This document shows positions 1 through 12,056 of a DNA stretch of 64,000 nucleotides, in pieces (within the stretch, counting starts at the first letter, position 1; each line of letters starts with the position of its first letter). The notes under the pieces are model-generated. The model had not been told where the DNA came from. It searched no databases and saw nothing but the letters and a program-made list of their open reading frames with translations. The position numbers were made by a program, and so were the translations under genes. Location: NCBI GenBank assembly GCA_051530055.1, contig CM121342.1:7820691-7884690 (forward strand). Reading direction: 5' to 3'. Origin of the DNA: Neoechinorhynchus agilis. Lineage: Eukaryota > Animalia > Acanthocephala.

Positions 1-2203
1 GCGAGCGCAATGGCGTAGGGGAACACTGGCCAAATTGGCAAGGACGCCAGAATGGATCTTGTGTTTTTACAAGAATCCTTCGTGTCAGCATAAAGCTTCG
101 ATCGAGAAATCTCTATGCTTTTGGCGTGTATTCACCGACCTCCTCGTCGGATGAAGATGCAGTTGAAGGATTTTATGGAAATCTAGCCGAAGCACTAGAT
201 GATGTACCGAACAGAGACACCCTCCTAATAACCGGTGACTTCAGCGCGATTTTATCGCATTCCGAAAGATCGCTATGTGTTAAAAGGCGAGAATCGGAAC
301 AGCCGGTACTTGGTTGAGGCGCTGGAGCGGCATGATCTCGTGTCTGCTAACACTTTATTCCGGAAGCGTCCGTGGCGTTTGGCGACGTTTATGGGTCAAA
401 AAATCCGTCCAAACATGCCATGGGAAAAAATCCCAAGAGACGCTTAGCTCAGCTTGACCATATATTGTTGAGACGTAGGGAAAAATGTCGGGTCAAAAAG
501 GCTTTCACGTTCACAGTTGATGGGCTGCCAACCGACCACAGATTGGTGATGTGTCAGTTGAGCATGAATGACTCGTTGTTCCGTACGCCTCAACATCCTC
601 CACGTCCATTCTATGGCGCCCTCGCTAATGAGGAGAATAGGAAAGAGTTCGATATCGAACTAGAGAATCAACCGAGCTCGATGCCAGCTGCTGAAACGGA
701 TATTGATTTTTATTACAAGCCAATCTGCGACGCCGTGACCAAAGTGGCCGAGAACACCCTCCCAAAAAATAGGCGTATAAAAGCTGCAAAGGTTATGTGG
801 CAGGAGGACTGTGAATTTATGGCAATGGCTAAGCAGATCAAAACTCTAAGAAAAAGAGGAAAACGATATGAGGCTCGCATTGCAAGTCTTGAACTTGCCA
901 ACCTCTATAATGAAAAGCAAAAAGCTTCGATAGAGGGTGCAGTTCGCGGGATCGCATATAAGGAAGGTTTTGTTCGTACCTCCTTAGCATGGAGAGCGAT
1001 AAACATTCCCACAGGAAGATCCCAAAGACAGCCAACTTTGATTGAAGGTCCCTCCCCGGAAATCAGAAAAAAGAGAATCGCAAATTATTTTGCGGAAATT
1101 CTCAATTCGCCATTATCGTCTTTGGAAGTGAGTCCTGCACTCCGAATTCAGCCAATCCTCGAATCGTTTCTAAGACGGATGTGACCCTTCGATTCGGTAA
1201 ATCGAACGATGATTGGCGGTATCTTAAAGGAGTATGGAGTGCCGCCGATCATTGTCACATCCGTTATGGCATTATATAAAAACACAAGGTCCGCCGTAAA
1301 GACAGCTGGCGGTTTGATATAATACTTTTCCACCACTTCAGGTGTTCTGCAGGGCGACACATTGGCTCCTTTCCTCTTCATCTTGGTGCTTGATTGGGTA
1401 ATGAGATGGGCACTACCGAATGATGAAGATGGATTTCTTCTGTTGAGGAAAAGGGGTCGTAGGTATCCTGAGATACGCGCCTCCTACATGGCATATGCCG
1501 ACGACATCGTATTGATGTCCTCAACAGTCGAAGGAGCTCAACGCATGCTAAATAGACTGTGCGAGAGGGAGAGTATGATTGGTCTGACCATCAACTCGAA
1601 AAAGACGGAATTCTTGACGATTCCGCTGGGCAATTAAAACAGATAGAGCGGTATGTCTATCTGCGAGCTGTCGTTCCTGAGGTGAGTGCGGATGTCAGCC
1701 GACGGAGAGCTATAGCTTGGAGAGCAATGGGGCAACTTAAACCACTGTTTGACAGTGAGTCTTTGCCGGATGAACTCCGTTCGCAGCTGTACAGGACTCT
1801 AATTGAGAGCATTCTCTACTACAATGAAGAGACCTGGACACTGTTACCAACGGCGACGAGGCAGTTTTACCAAAATCATTCATCTCTCTTACGTACGGCG
1901 TTCAAGGTCAGATGGTCAGATAAAGTGACCAACAAAGCACTGTATAAGAGAGCTGGAGTCCAACTGCCCAGTGAATATTTGCGCCGCAGACGACTGCAGT
2001 TCACGAGCAATATAATTCGGTCCAAGGCATCTTGCCCACAGGTCGTGCAACAGTTCCTTTTCTGGAAGCCAACGACATTGTATCGTAAAGGCAAAGGGAA
2101 CTGTCGTGCATACGATGACCTCATTTTAAGAGACGCGAATTGCCCGCATAACAGGACTGCTGTCGTGTATTTTAGATCCCTTGCGGAGTCTAATTCTATT
2201 TGA
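1..2203 (+). mobile_element. Decayed RTE-clade non-LTR retrotransposon (APE endonuclease + RT, frameshifted, internally deleted)
   Basis: ORF pieces 126-317 (VYSPT...LITGDFSA), 235-447 (LVSANTLF), 372-1184 (QLDHIL), 1362-1637 (YMAYADDIVL) and 1559-2203 (LIESILxYNEETWTL). GVLQGDTLAPFLF lies at about 1340-1380. Confidence 0.9.
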
Positions 2204-2417
2204 CGGGCTTATACCTACGGTGCAACGTAGGAAAGTACCGTTGCATACAAAACAAATACAATTAGGTCCTTGACTTTGGCGGCGTCTTCGATATTTAATA
2301 CTAGGAGCTCACACCCATTCTCGCAGTCTCCCCAATCAGCGTCTCAAAATCGCGCAGTAAAACGGAGGCTAAATATCGCATCAATCCTTCCCAGATTGTT
2401 CTTCGCAACGATCTTTC

Positions 2418-4200
2418 TCAGCCTGAACTTCTGCACTTATCCGCGCGGCGGATATTAACATTGAGTTTTGCATACATACATACATTGCATACAGGTCGTA
2501 TATTGTCTAGACATGTCGCTATTCTCCTGCCGAACATCAGCTCCGATGGTGTTTTGCCGGTGGTCTTATGAGGTGTCTTCCGATATGCTAGGAGAAGCTT
2601 CAGAATATCCTTATTTCGGTCATTAAGCGTCTTTATATACCTCTCCGCCAGTCCATTAGTTTTCGGATGATATGGCGTTGATCGTACTGCTTCGATTCCG
2701 TTCGTGACTTGAAAATTGGGGACCGTTATCGGAAACAATCGTTTCTGGGATACCAAACCTCACAAACATTTCGCGTAATCGATTGACAACGCTTTCTGTT
2801 GAGAAATTGGTGCCAAACCATATTTCGGGCCATTTCGTGTATGCATCTACTGCCACCAAATACCATTTTCCTTCGATTGGTCCTGCTATGTCCACATGCA
2901 CTCGCTTGCAACTTGTGGTATATCCCAATTAATCAATGGTACTTCACGTGCTTCAGGGCGTAATCGTTGACAATTTTCACACGTCTCTACTTTCCGGAGA
3001 ATATCTCGATCCAACTCAGGCTACCAACAATAATTGGCGTTTTCACCAGGGTGTCATTGATGCATCATTTCCAAGAAATGGCTTTGGAGTAACTCTGGAA
3101 CCAACATTCTTTGATTATACATTGGTATGCCATCTTCTAGGCTAATCTCCTATCGTTTGTTGTAAATAGCTGCCTGTACTTCTGTGCATTGTTTTGGCTA
3201 TCCTTCGTTCACATAATGTTTCACTTTCGATTTCTATGCTCAAATCTAATCTCTTAGTTTTTTCCGTTTGAATGAGTTTTATCAATTTGATTTCAACAGC
3301 ACTGATCATATCGTTCGCTGTCTGATCAGGCATCCTAGAAAGCGTATCCGCTACTGTATTATCGGCTCCTGGAACATGATGAATCTCGTATTCGTATTGT
3401 CCCACGAAGAGTGCCCAGCGTACAATTCTATTATTTGTCAACTTCGGCAATTCTCTTTTTCTTCCAAAACTATACTCCAATGGCTTGTGATCAGTTTGTA
3501 ACTGAAAACGGCGCACATACAAGTATCCGTGGAAATATTTCACTTCATATACTACTGCCAATGCTTCTTTTTCAATGGACGAATAATTCTGTTCTGCTGA
3601 TTTCAATAATCTCGACGCGAAAGCTATCGGAACTAGACCATAAGATGCGCGATGAAACAACGCCGCGCCGAGTCCTCTTTCGCTTGCATCGCAACTTAAC
3701 GTTATTGGCAATCGTTGATCGAATAGCATGAGTTCTTGACTATTTTTTAAAACTTCCTTAATATTTTTGAAAAATTGCTGGTGTTCGTCTGACCAATTCC
3801 ATGTGCTCTTTGCTGAAGCCAACCAATAAAGACGGGAACAAATCGGTTATGGAAGTTCGCTAACCCGAGGAATGCTTTCAGTTCTTTTTGTTTCGCGGAA
3901 TGGCCGCATTCGTGAGAGCTCTGGTCTTGTCATCGGTCACGCAGATTCTATTGTTCTTGAACTTATAACCAAGATAATTCACTTCGTTTTTCATAAATGA
4001 ACATTTCTTCGGTGATATTTTTAGATTGACATCACGAAGACGTTCAAACACTTGCTCTAATATTCTCCAATGTGTAGCCATGTTTTCGGTTCCTACGATA
4101 ATGTCGTCCAAATATGCACATACTCCAGATATTCCTTTGAACATATTATCGACATAATTCTGAAAGATGGCTGGCGCCGCGGTGTTTCCAAGAGCGCTTG
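2418..4200 (-). mobile_element. Decayed Ty3/gypsy LTR retrotransposon pol (RT, RNase H, integrase)
   Basis: AYLDDIIV at 3878-4144; RNase H motifs CDASERGLGA, YSSIEKEALA and TDHKPL at 3142-3822; HHCC zinc finger remnant at about 2930-3080; integrase core VHVDIAGP and YHPKTNGLAER at 2418-2928. Confidence 0.92.
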
Positions 4201-5134
4201 TAAGGTTGACCCGAAATGATTGGTCATTATGGAAAAACGAGCGAATTTATAGGGAGGTGCGAGGTCGAGGAAGGATGAAACGAATCAGGATTACGAGTGT
4301 TGTGCGAATCGTTTTGATTGTTTTATGAAAATAGCATCAAGGCATTCGATGAGAGGGGGAACGTCAGTTGTGCAAATTTTAGATGCTCTTTTATGAAACA
4401 TTTCAAGTCGACGGATTTGAGATTTGGAAAGGTTGCAAAAGACGGGGGAGCGTAAAATAAAGTTGAAGTAAAATTTGGAGAGATCGGGTGAAGGGATTAC
4501 TAATTGTCGGAGGCGTGAAATTGGAGACCCAGAATTCTTAGGGAGGTGACTCGTAGGATGTCATTTAGAATCTCGGGGGAAGATGTAGGGTTGTGGGAGA
4601 TTGAAGGGATCATTTCGAAATATTTAGAGAAATTAAGGTAGAGTTTGTGATTGGTGCAGAAATCTTTTATGCGTTTGATTTCGTTAGAAGTTAAAGAAAG
4701 AGAGAGGTGGGTGGTGATTGAGTGATGAGGGTGACATCGTCGCCGTATAAGAAGAGTTCAAAGTGAGAGGAGAGATGTTTGAAGTTGTTTAGGAAAATAT
4801 TAAAACGAAGTGGTGACAGCAAGTTGAGATACGCCTTTGGTGAGGGATACAGTGATCGAGGAGGTAGATCGGCAGTGAATGTATTGTTTGCGATTGTGAA
4901 TGTAAGATTCGAGCCAGCGGATCGGCCACAAGTTGAGACCAAAATCGGAGCAAGCCCGGATAAGGAGTGAATGGTTAACGGAGTCGAATGCTTTCGCTAA
5001 GCCCAGTTGAATGAGACGAGTGACATGAAATCGATTATTGTCAAGGTTACGTAGGAGCGTGATATAAATGCAGAGTAGGGCATCTTTTGCCGAAAATCTG
5101 GATCGGAAGCCGAATTGTAGCGGCGATAACTTGT

Positions 5135-5610
5135 TAAAGATAAAATCCATGCGTATGTGGAAGTGGGGAAAATTATATACCCAAAAATCACTTTAATTGA
5201 AATATTTCGTCCAATTACGCTGGACGTCTTGAGTCAATTATCTGAAAAGGAATTCGGCAACCTCATTGTCTCATCAGGAAGTATCCTCAACTTTAGGGGA
5301 AGAAACAGGACACGAACTCCGATGTTTTTTCCCACTCTTTGACTACGGGCCAAAAGATCGATATTAACGACGCATATTTGTTGGTACGCAATGACCATAA
5401 GGTTGAACGTGTTATTATCGAGGCCATGTTCATTCAGGGAACTAATACTTTCGAGGGAAACAAGATAGATTATTGCCTAAAGTTGAGGATACCTCCGGAT
5501 AAGACATTGAGGTTGCCAAATTAATTTTTAAATAATTGACTGAAGAAGTCCGGTGTGATTGGACGAAATATTTCAATTAAAGTCATTCTTGGGTATATAA
5601 TTTTTCCCAC
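5135..5610 (+). mobile_element. 5'-truncated Penelope-like insertion: inverted arms around a GIY-YIG C-terminal fragment, 12-bp TSD
   Basis: GCGATAACTTGT occurs at 5123-5134 and 5611-5622, and is single-copy in the uninterrupted LINE copy near 38.62 kb. Inverted arms at about 5163-5297 and 5477-5610. ORF 5339-5524 (IDINDAYLL...ERVIIEAMFI) resembles a PLE GIY-YIG end. Confidence 0.8.
5534..5578 (+). ncRNA. Minimal type I hammerhead ribozyme
   Basis: AATTGA-CTGAAGA-A-GTCC(GGTGTGATT)GGAC-GAA-ATAT-T-TCAATT: perfect 6-bp stem I, intact core, palindromic ATAT stem III. Predicted cleavage after 5572. Confidence 0.8.
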
Positions 5611-7232
5611 GCGATAACTTGTCTTTGAGAAGTGAAGGAAGGCGAGAACATTTTTCGATGATTTTTGAAAGAGTGAGCAGAATGGAAATTGGACGGAATG
5701 ATTCGGCCAAAATAGGATGCCCATTTTTCGGAAGAAGGATAACTTTAGCAGTTTTGAGCCCTGAGGGGGAGATGTCATATAAAAAGCTGAGGTTTATAAT
5801 GATGGTGAGAGGGCCTATCAGTTCGGGGATGATGTAGTGAAGGGACCAGTTTGGGATTTCGGATTGAGAGGACGAATTTCAAAGTAATTTCTTGAGATAT
5901 TGGAGGACTTGACTCTTCTGAATACATTTCTTTTATCTCTGCTCCTTCCGGCCAATCATCTGAAGGTCTAATTTCTGTATTCAACACATCGCGCAATCCA
6001 TCTCTAATATCTACATTCATTTCGAATGAACTGTCCTATTCTCTATTTAAATTTTTCTTCAATCGCCGGCATTTCACTGTTGCCAATCTGTACATACAAC
6101 CCGGTTTCATTCATCGTCCAGCCATTAAGAATATTGTGAAATGGCTTCCCAAACCAACATTGATTTTATTGCTGGCAATTTCAATGACCCTTCGACGAAA
6201 TGAACCAATATGAGCTTTCTTCATCTCTTACATCGTCTTAGCATAATATACCGAAAAACGCCCATTCATTCTTAGACCTTATTATGCATAGAAAATATTT
6301 AAAATTTTTACTTCAAATAGAGCGACAGGTGTATTTCTTTAACCTAGCTGGCCACGATGCTTTAATATGGTCCATCGGAAGTAACAGTACTTTAAGGAGA
6401 GTTATACACTTGTCCCCTCTAAACATTGCTCTGTTCAGATCAGTTAACCAATTACTTCTATCGCGGAATTATTTAACCAATAATTTGAATTATGCCCTTC
6501 CTCAAATTAGTTGTTTCATCAATAATACAGCTAAGCTGTTTCTCTACCAAGCACAGAGGGTTTTCTAGACCTTATAAAAGTAGACCATTTCGTTTTATTA
6601 GGCGTCAACTGTATCAAGCAAAATAATACGGAAACGATCTTCTTATAAAAGTGCTTTCTAGGCTATATTGGGCAGCTCGCTGTAGACAACAAATGGCGTT
6701 CGACGGCGCTTTTTTGAATCTTTAAACCCTTTCTCTTCGAAGTGGTGGAATATGATTTTGAAGAAAAAATTTATCAATTGGAAATCGAAGCTTTCCTCTT
6801 GGCTAAAAACCTCCACTTTGGACCAGATACTAACTTCTATCTTTGTTTTTAGGCACCCAAACGACCTTCGCCCGATCTCCCTGTAGAATCTACGAACGGG
6901 ATCAAGCGCATAAACTCAATCTTTTTGTCACGGAGCACAATTAATCTGTCCGTTCAGCGTTGGTAGCGATGCTCCATGCCGTGTTCCTCATAGCCTAATT
7001 GCCAGGATTCACACTACGCTTTTCTCGAAATCCTTTTATTACGACGACGATGATGTCGCCAAGACCTTATTTTACCCTGTTAACGGAGTTCCGCAAGGAT
7101 CGCCGTTCTCTCCTACTCTATTCCTTCTAGCATTTCAATACACGGTACAAAACATTCCTTTTAATGCTAGCTTTTGTGATAAAATCTCTGAGCAAATACG
7201 ATGAAACTCTCAATCGAACAGTCCATGGAGTA

Positions 7233-7445
7233 GGTTGTTTTTGGCGTACAAATTAAAATGATTTTATTTTTAAAATCCGATATTTCGGCACAATCTTGTG
7301 CTTTATCAAGGTTGTAAGTTTTAAATATTTGAAGCAACCTTGATAAAGGCACACAATTGTGCCGAAATATCGCATATAAAAAATTAAATCATTTTAATTT
7401 CTACGCCAGAAAACAACCAATATGAACTATTCAATCTTCAAACAA
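7233..7445. mobile_element. 213-bp foldback element with hammerhead-like arms, 11-bp TSD and one-sided tail
   Basis: TCCATGGAGTA at 7222-7232 and 7446-7456. Inverted arms at about 7233-7315 and 7335-7418, then a 27-nt tail at 7419-7445. Confidence 0.85.
7338..7373 (+). ncRNA. Minimal hammerhead, U3-A8 core variant
   Basis: CC-TTGATAA-A-GGCAC(ACAATT)GTGCC-GAA-ATAT-C-GC. The mirror arm at 7277-7311 (-) also has TTGATAA. Confidence 0.6.
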
Positions 7446-7898
7446 TCCATGGAGTATCTAAACACTTTACTGCCTCACATGAACCTTTGTTTTAATTTAG
7501 CAAAAACAAAATGTATCATCCGGCTCAATGCGTATACGCAGAGATCTTAAAATATTCCTTTCTAAACTTTTATCCAACAACTCTCAGTCCTTACTGATTA
7601 ATTCTTTTATACACTACAATTCACGTATCCTCGGGCACACGATTACAATGAATTTATCCCCTAGGACAGGCATTTCCAAAATGTATAAATTGAGGCTGAG
7701 TTCTCTGGAAGCCTGGTTTTTTATTCTAGAGATCGCCTTCCCGAACACAAGCAAGTATTTATCCAAGCGTTTTTCAATCAAATTAATTCGTTGCCACAAG
7801 CTTGGGCTCGATTTCTGAAAGATTTTTGCCTGCAACGGTGCGATCGATGGACATCTAACATACAAATCTGATAAAGACACCTGATTGCGAACCGTTTC

Positions 7899-10800
7899 AT
7901 GCGCAATTTTCGTTGTAACGAAAAAAGCGTTGTTTCTGGTGATTTCCTTTCGAGACCTCCCGATCATCCTGATGATCGTGCAGGTTTGGATGTCGGTGGT
8001 TCGCTAAGCTGTAACAACTTGCGAATTCCAATGTCCTTGGAGAAGCGAGAGCAGTTGCGCTCTGATCTCGAGCATCAATCTCAAGTCCTGGTAAACAATT
8101 CCCAGTTGACATCGACAAAGCAACAATTTCCAAAATACTCTACCGACAAAAGGACGGCCTTTCATAGCCATTTTTAAATCCAAACCTATCCTACCCAAAC
8201 AAATCATGTACGACCAAGCAGTAAGTCCGTGGACTCGGACCTTCAAGAACGATGGTATTAAAAGGATCGATCACATGACATATTACGCCGGCACCCTACG
8301 AATCTACCTGACTTCACACAATTGGTTGGATCACTTTGTCAAGTTTTCGAAATCTAACCTCCCTAAAGAAGTCTACGATATTACGTCCAGTTCTCAAAAA
8401 GTTCAATTTCTGGTTAAAGGTGTTGAACCTTCTCTCAGCAAACAAGAACGGAACGAGTTCGAACAAACTTTTGGATGCAATATAAAGTTCTAAACTCAAG
8501 AAGGACGGGCCAACCTATTCCTATTGCCATGGTAGAAGGACAATGGAATGTGCGTGATGACTTATGTTCTCAACAATTTTGCTCCTTCAACTGCTTCGAA
8601 ATTAACTTCGTGATGAAATAAAACTATGAGCAAGATGATTTCATCTTTCCGCAATGCAATATCTGTCAGCATTGGGGCCATTGGTGCCAACGCTGCCCCA
8701 ATCCTTCTCACAAAAAATGTTGTCACTGTGGGGATTCCTCTCACAGTTCGGATCAATGTACCAGTTCAAATAAACATTGCCCAAATTGTCAAGGACAGCA
8801 TTCGCCTTTTTACAAAGGATGCCCAGAATTCAAAAATTACTGGGCCTGGGCTCAGAATTCTCTTATTAACGCCGTGGAAAAAGCTCATTACTACAACTAA
8901 GCAAGTAGCGCCTAAACTCAATTCATTGCTTCCAACACCCTCCTTTCGACAAGACGCCAACTCTAACTTCTCAGGATTTTCCGGTAAAGTGCCCTCTACT
9001 CACGTGGTAACCATGGAGCTGCTAGAGAGCAAATTAGATGAAGCTTATAACAAGATTCTAATGATTATGCAAGCTCGTTTTACGGAGGCAATGTTGGCTT
9101 TTGAAACAAAGATGAGCGTCTTAATTGATAAGTTAATGAACATTCCGACTATTTTTTCCCCGTGTTTACCAGAACAAAGCTCTACAACACTCAAAAGAGC
9201 GAATGTGTCTGGAGGGGTTGCACGAGCAGCCAAAAAGCCGAATGGTGGCTCTCGCTCACAGCACGAGGATGATGTTGTGATGGATGAAGATCAATCAACT
9301 TCTGAATTCGTTGCAAGAATAATTGAAACCCAATCCAGGCTGATCGACAACGGAACAGCCAATTTGATTTCAAATGCCAATGCGAAGAAACTTTGACTCG
9401 ATGGCTCAGGAGAAGCTAGGCAATGTTAAGGTGTTGCAGTGGAACTGTGGGGGTGCGACCAACCTTTTTAAGCTCACTCGATATTTACCAGGAATATCCA
9501 TAGCTCTCTTTCAAGAGTCAAAAAGCGTTTTTAATTTAGAGCAACTATATGTTCATCTACCCCTTTTAAAGTCTTCGGTTTTTACATCTTTCGTTCATCC
9601 TCCCTATGGACTTGCCACACAAAGCCTAATTTCCATTTTTCAATCTTCCCTTGTTTCCTCACTGATCATGTCCTATTCCTCTGAGGAATTGTCTTACAGT
9701 ATTTTTAAAATACTTTTCAAAAAGAACTATCTCTCTTTTGCGAATATTTACATAAGACCAGGTCTCATTCATCGTTCGCATGTAAAAGACAAAATCAAAT
9801 GGCTCCTAGGGGCTAACATCGATCTCATTGTGGGAGATTTTAATGATCCATCCTTGAAATGGTCTCGGGCCATTGTTAACGCTGTCAATCTTTCCCATTC
9901 TCTTATCATGCCTAACAATCCTTCCTTTCACAATATTTCTACCAACAAACACTTCTTTTTAGATCTAGTAATATTGAAGAAAATTTTAAACCTTTCAATC
10001 GAATATGATCGCCAAGTCTCCAATTTTGTCCTCTTAGGACACGACATCTTGATTTGGTCCATTGGTCCCTTTGACAGGCTGCGCAAAGTGTATCACTTAT
10101 CCCCTTTAAATTTAGCGTTTTTTCGGCTAGTTTGCTAGAAAATTTTCTTACACCTAGGTTCTGATTGCAAATTGTCAGATATTTTACCTTTAGCAAACTC
10201 TTTAATTAATAAAGCCGCTAATCCTTTCTTATGCCACACCGTTAAAACCTTCTCTCGCCCTTATGTGAGCCGATCACTTCGTTTTCTTGGACGCCAACTC
10301 TATGTAGCCCAACGCTCTGCGGATACCCTTCTATGCAAAACCCTATCAAGCCTTCTATGGGCTGCCCGTTGCCGACAGCGACAACGAGGGGATGCTGATT
10401 TTCTTGCTACACTCAAACCTTACTCTTCAAACTGGTGGCGTACCTTTTCTAATAAGGGTAAAGTACCTTGGAGATAAAAATTACGGCTTGGTGAAAATCC
10501 TCGACTTTGGAGGATATTCTTACTCAAACTTTTGACTTCCATTCCGCAGGCTCCTCGACCAACGTGCCGTCAATTTGTTTTCGTAAACTAATACGTAATC
10601 GTACTGATATCTAATTAAATGACATTCTCCAAGTTTGGTCCACAAATCCGAAATTGGGCTCGGCTAACGGCTACCCCGGGACGAAAATTTTCACCTTGCT
10701 TCCAAGGGACTGCATAATCCTCCTTGCAAAGGCTATGCTGTGCTGTTCGCCATACGCGTGGTGGGATATCAATGTTTCTAGACGCATTTTCTTGGTCAAA

Positions 10801-11820
10801 AATGGCGGGAAGGCTATTGTAGAACCAAAGGATGTTCGTCCAATATCACTTCAAAATCCTCTAGTTAGCATATATGAACGCGCCCATGCAAATAGGTTGA
10901 GATCTTTCATTCATGAACATTATTGCATCTCTCCGAACTGTCATGGCTTTCTAAAAGGGAAATCAGTTCATTCTGCCCTTGCAGAGGTTTACTCCAATTT
11001 TTCCTGCTCTAACCATCCCACGAGACCCATTCTTGCCGTGAACATTTCTCAAGCTTTTGATAAGATTTCTTTTATTATTGAAATGCTTGAATTTTTCAGT
11101 CTACCTCACAATTTAATTACACGTGCCCACAATATTTTATTTACAAAATCTTTTTACTACGAAGACGACGCCTCAATGACACTTTACTACCCGTCCAATG
11201 GTGTTCCGCAGGGGTCACCTCTGTCACCAATTCTTTTCCTTATGGCATCACAATACTTGATTCAGAATTTTAAAGTTCGGGCCTCGCTCACCTGCTACGC
11301 GGATGATTTTACTTTTGTCATCTCCACCCACAAAGCAGCTAGAATGAAACTCCTGATTGAGCAATGTATTGATTTTCTTAACTCCTTTTTACCTAAAATG
11401 AACTTATCGTTGAATAAGTCGAAATGTTTATGCATTTTTAAAGTTCGCTCAAGCAAAATTAGGAAAGATTTAATCCTTTTTCAACAATTTAGTGAACAAC
11501 CCTGACACCTCTTCTTCAGGTTTTACGAATACACCCCTTAAAATTAAAATATTGGGTCACACCTTTACTGCTTATCTCTCGCCTAGATTAGATTTGAATA
11601 AAATAAAAAAATGCTCACTTTAGCATCGAAAAAGACGAAGCGCGCCGTTACTCTCGGGTTAAACGCTAATCAATGCCAAACTATTTACAAAAGCTGGAGC
11701 ATTCCTGGCCTGGTCTTTTTCTCTCGAGGTCGCCCCCCGGAACAAAAGGCTTTACTCATCAAAATGTTCCGCGAAAACCTTAATACCCTGTCTTTCTCCT
11801 GGGATGGCAGAACGTTTTGA
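7899..11820 (+). mobile_element. I/Jockey-group LINE, near full length, frameshifted (ORF1 with three CCHC knuckles; ORF2 APE + RT)
   Basis: About 8645-8830 translates CNICQHWGHWCQRC, CCHCGDSSHSSDQC and CPNCQGQHSPFYKGC. APE at 9374-10138 (LQWNCGG, VGDFND). RT at 10654-11505 (RPISL, GVPQGSPLSP, YADD). Confidence 0.9.
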
Positions 11821-11956
11821 TGAGTAAAGCCTTTTGTTCCGGGGGGGCGACCTCGAGAGAAAAAGACCAGGCCAGGAATGCTCCAGCTTTTGTAAATAGT
11901 TTGGCATTGATTAGCGTTTAACCCGAGAGCAACGGCGCGCTTCGTCTTTTCCGATG
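11624..11956. repeat. Long near-perfect inverted repeat at the LINE 3' end (~146-bp arms, 40-nt loop)
   Basis: 11624-11769 is the reverse complement of 11810-11956 with only a few mismatches. Confidence 0.95.
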
Positions 11957-12031
11957 TTATGGTCTAGTTGAACGATACTGATTAGTTGTTTTGGTTTTTC
12001 CTCTCATACTGCCACATGGTGAATAAATCTG

Positions 12032-12056
12032 TATTATTATTATTATTATTATTATT
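12032..12056 (-). repeat. (AAT)n microsatellite tail at the end of duplicated cassette A
   Basis: About eight TAT units on the + strand, directly abutting the segment duplicated at 30.4-30.93 kb. Confidence 0.9.

Larger units (their letters stand above)
4200..6020 (-). mobile_element. CR1/L2-like LINE fragment (RT region), interrupted by a PLE insertion
   Basis: QFGFRSRFSAKDALL, LAKAFDSVNH and LFLYGDD motifs. Near-identical to 21.9-23.3 kb (+) and 37.7-39.4 kb (-). Confidence 0.85.
6060..7885 (+). mobile_element. Decayed I/Jockey-group LINE ORF2 copy
   Basis: Collinear with 9.7-11.6 kb (GHDALIWSIG, GVPQGSPFSP). The reading frame MKLSIEQSMEYLNTLLPHMNL is restored when the 7233-7445 insertion and one TSD copy are removed. 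Confidence 0.8.
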
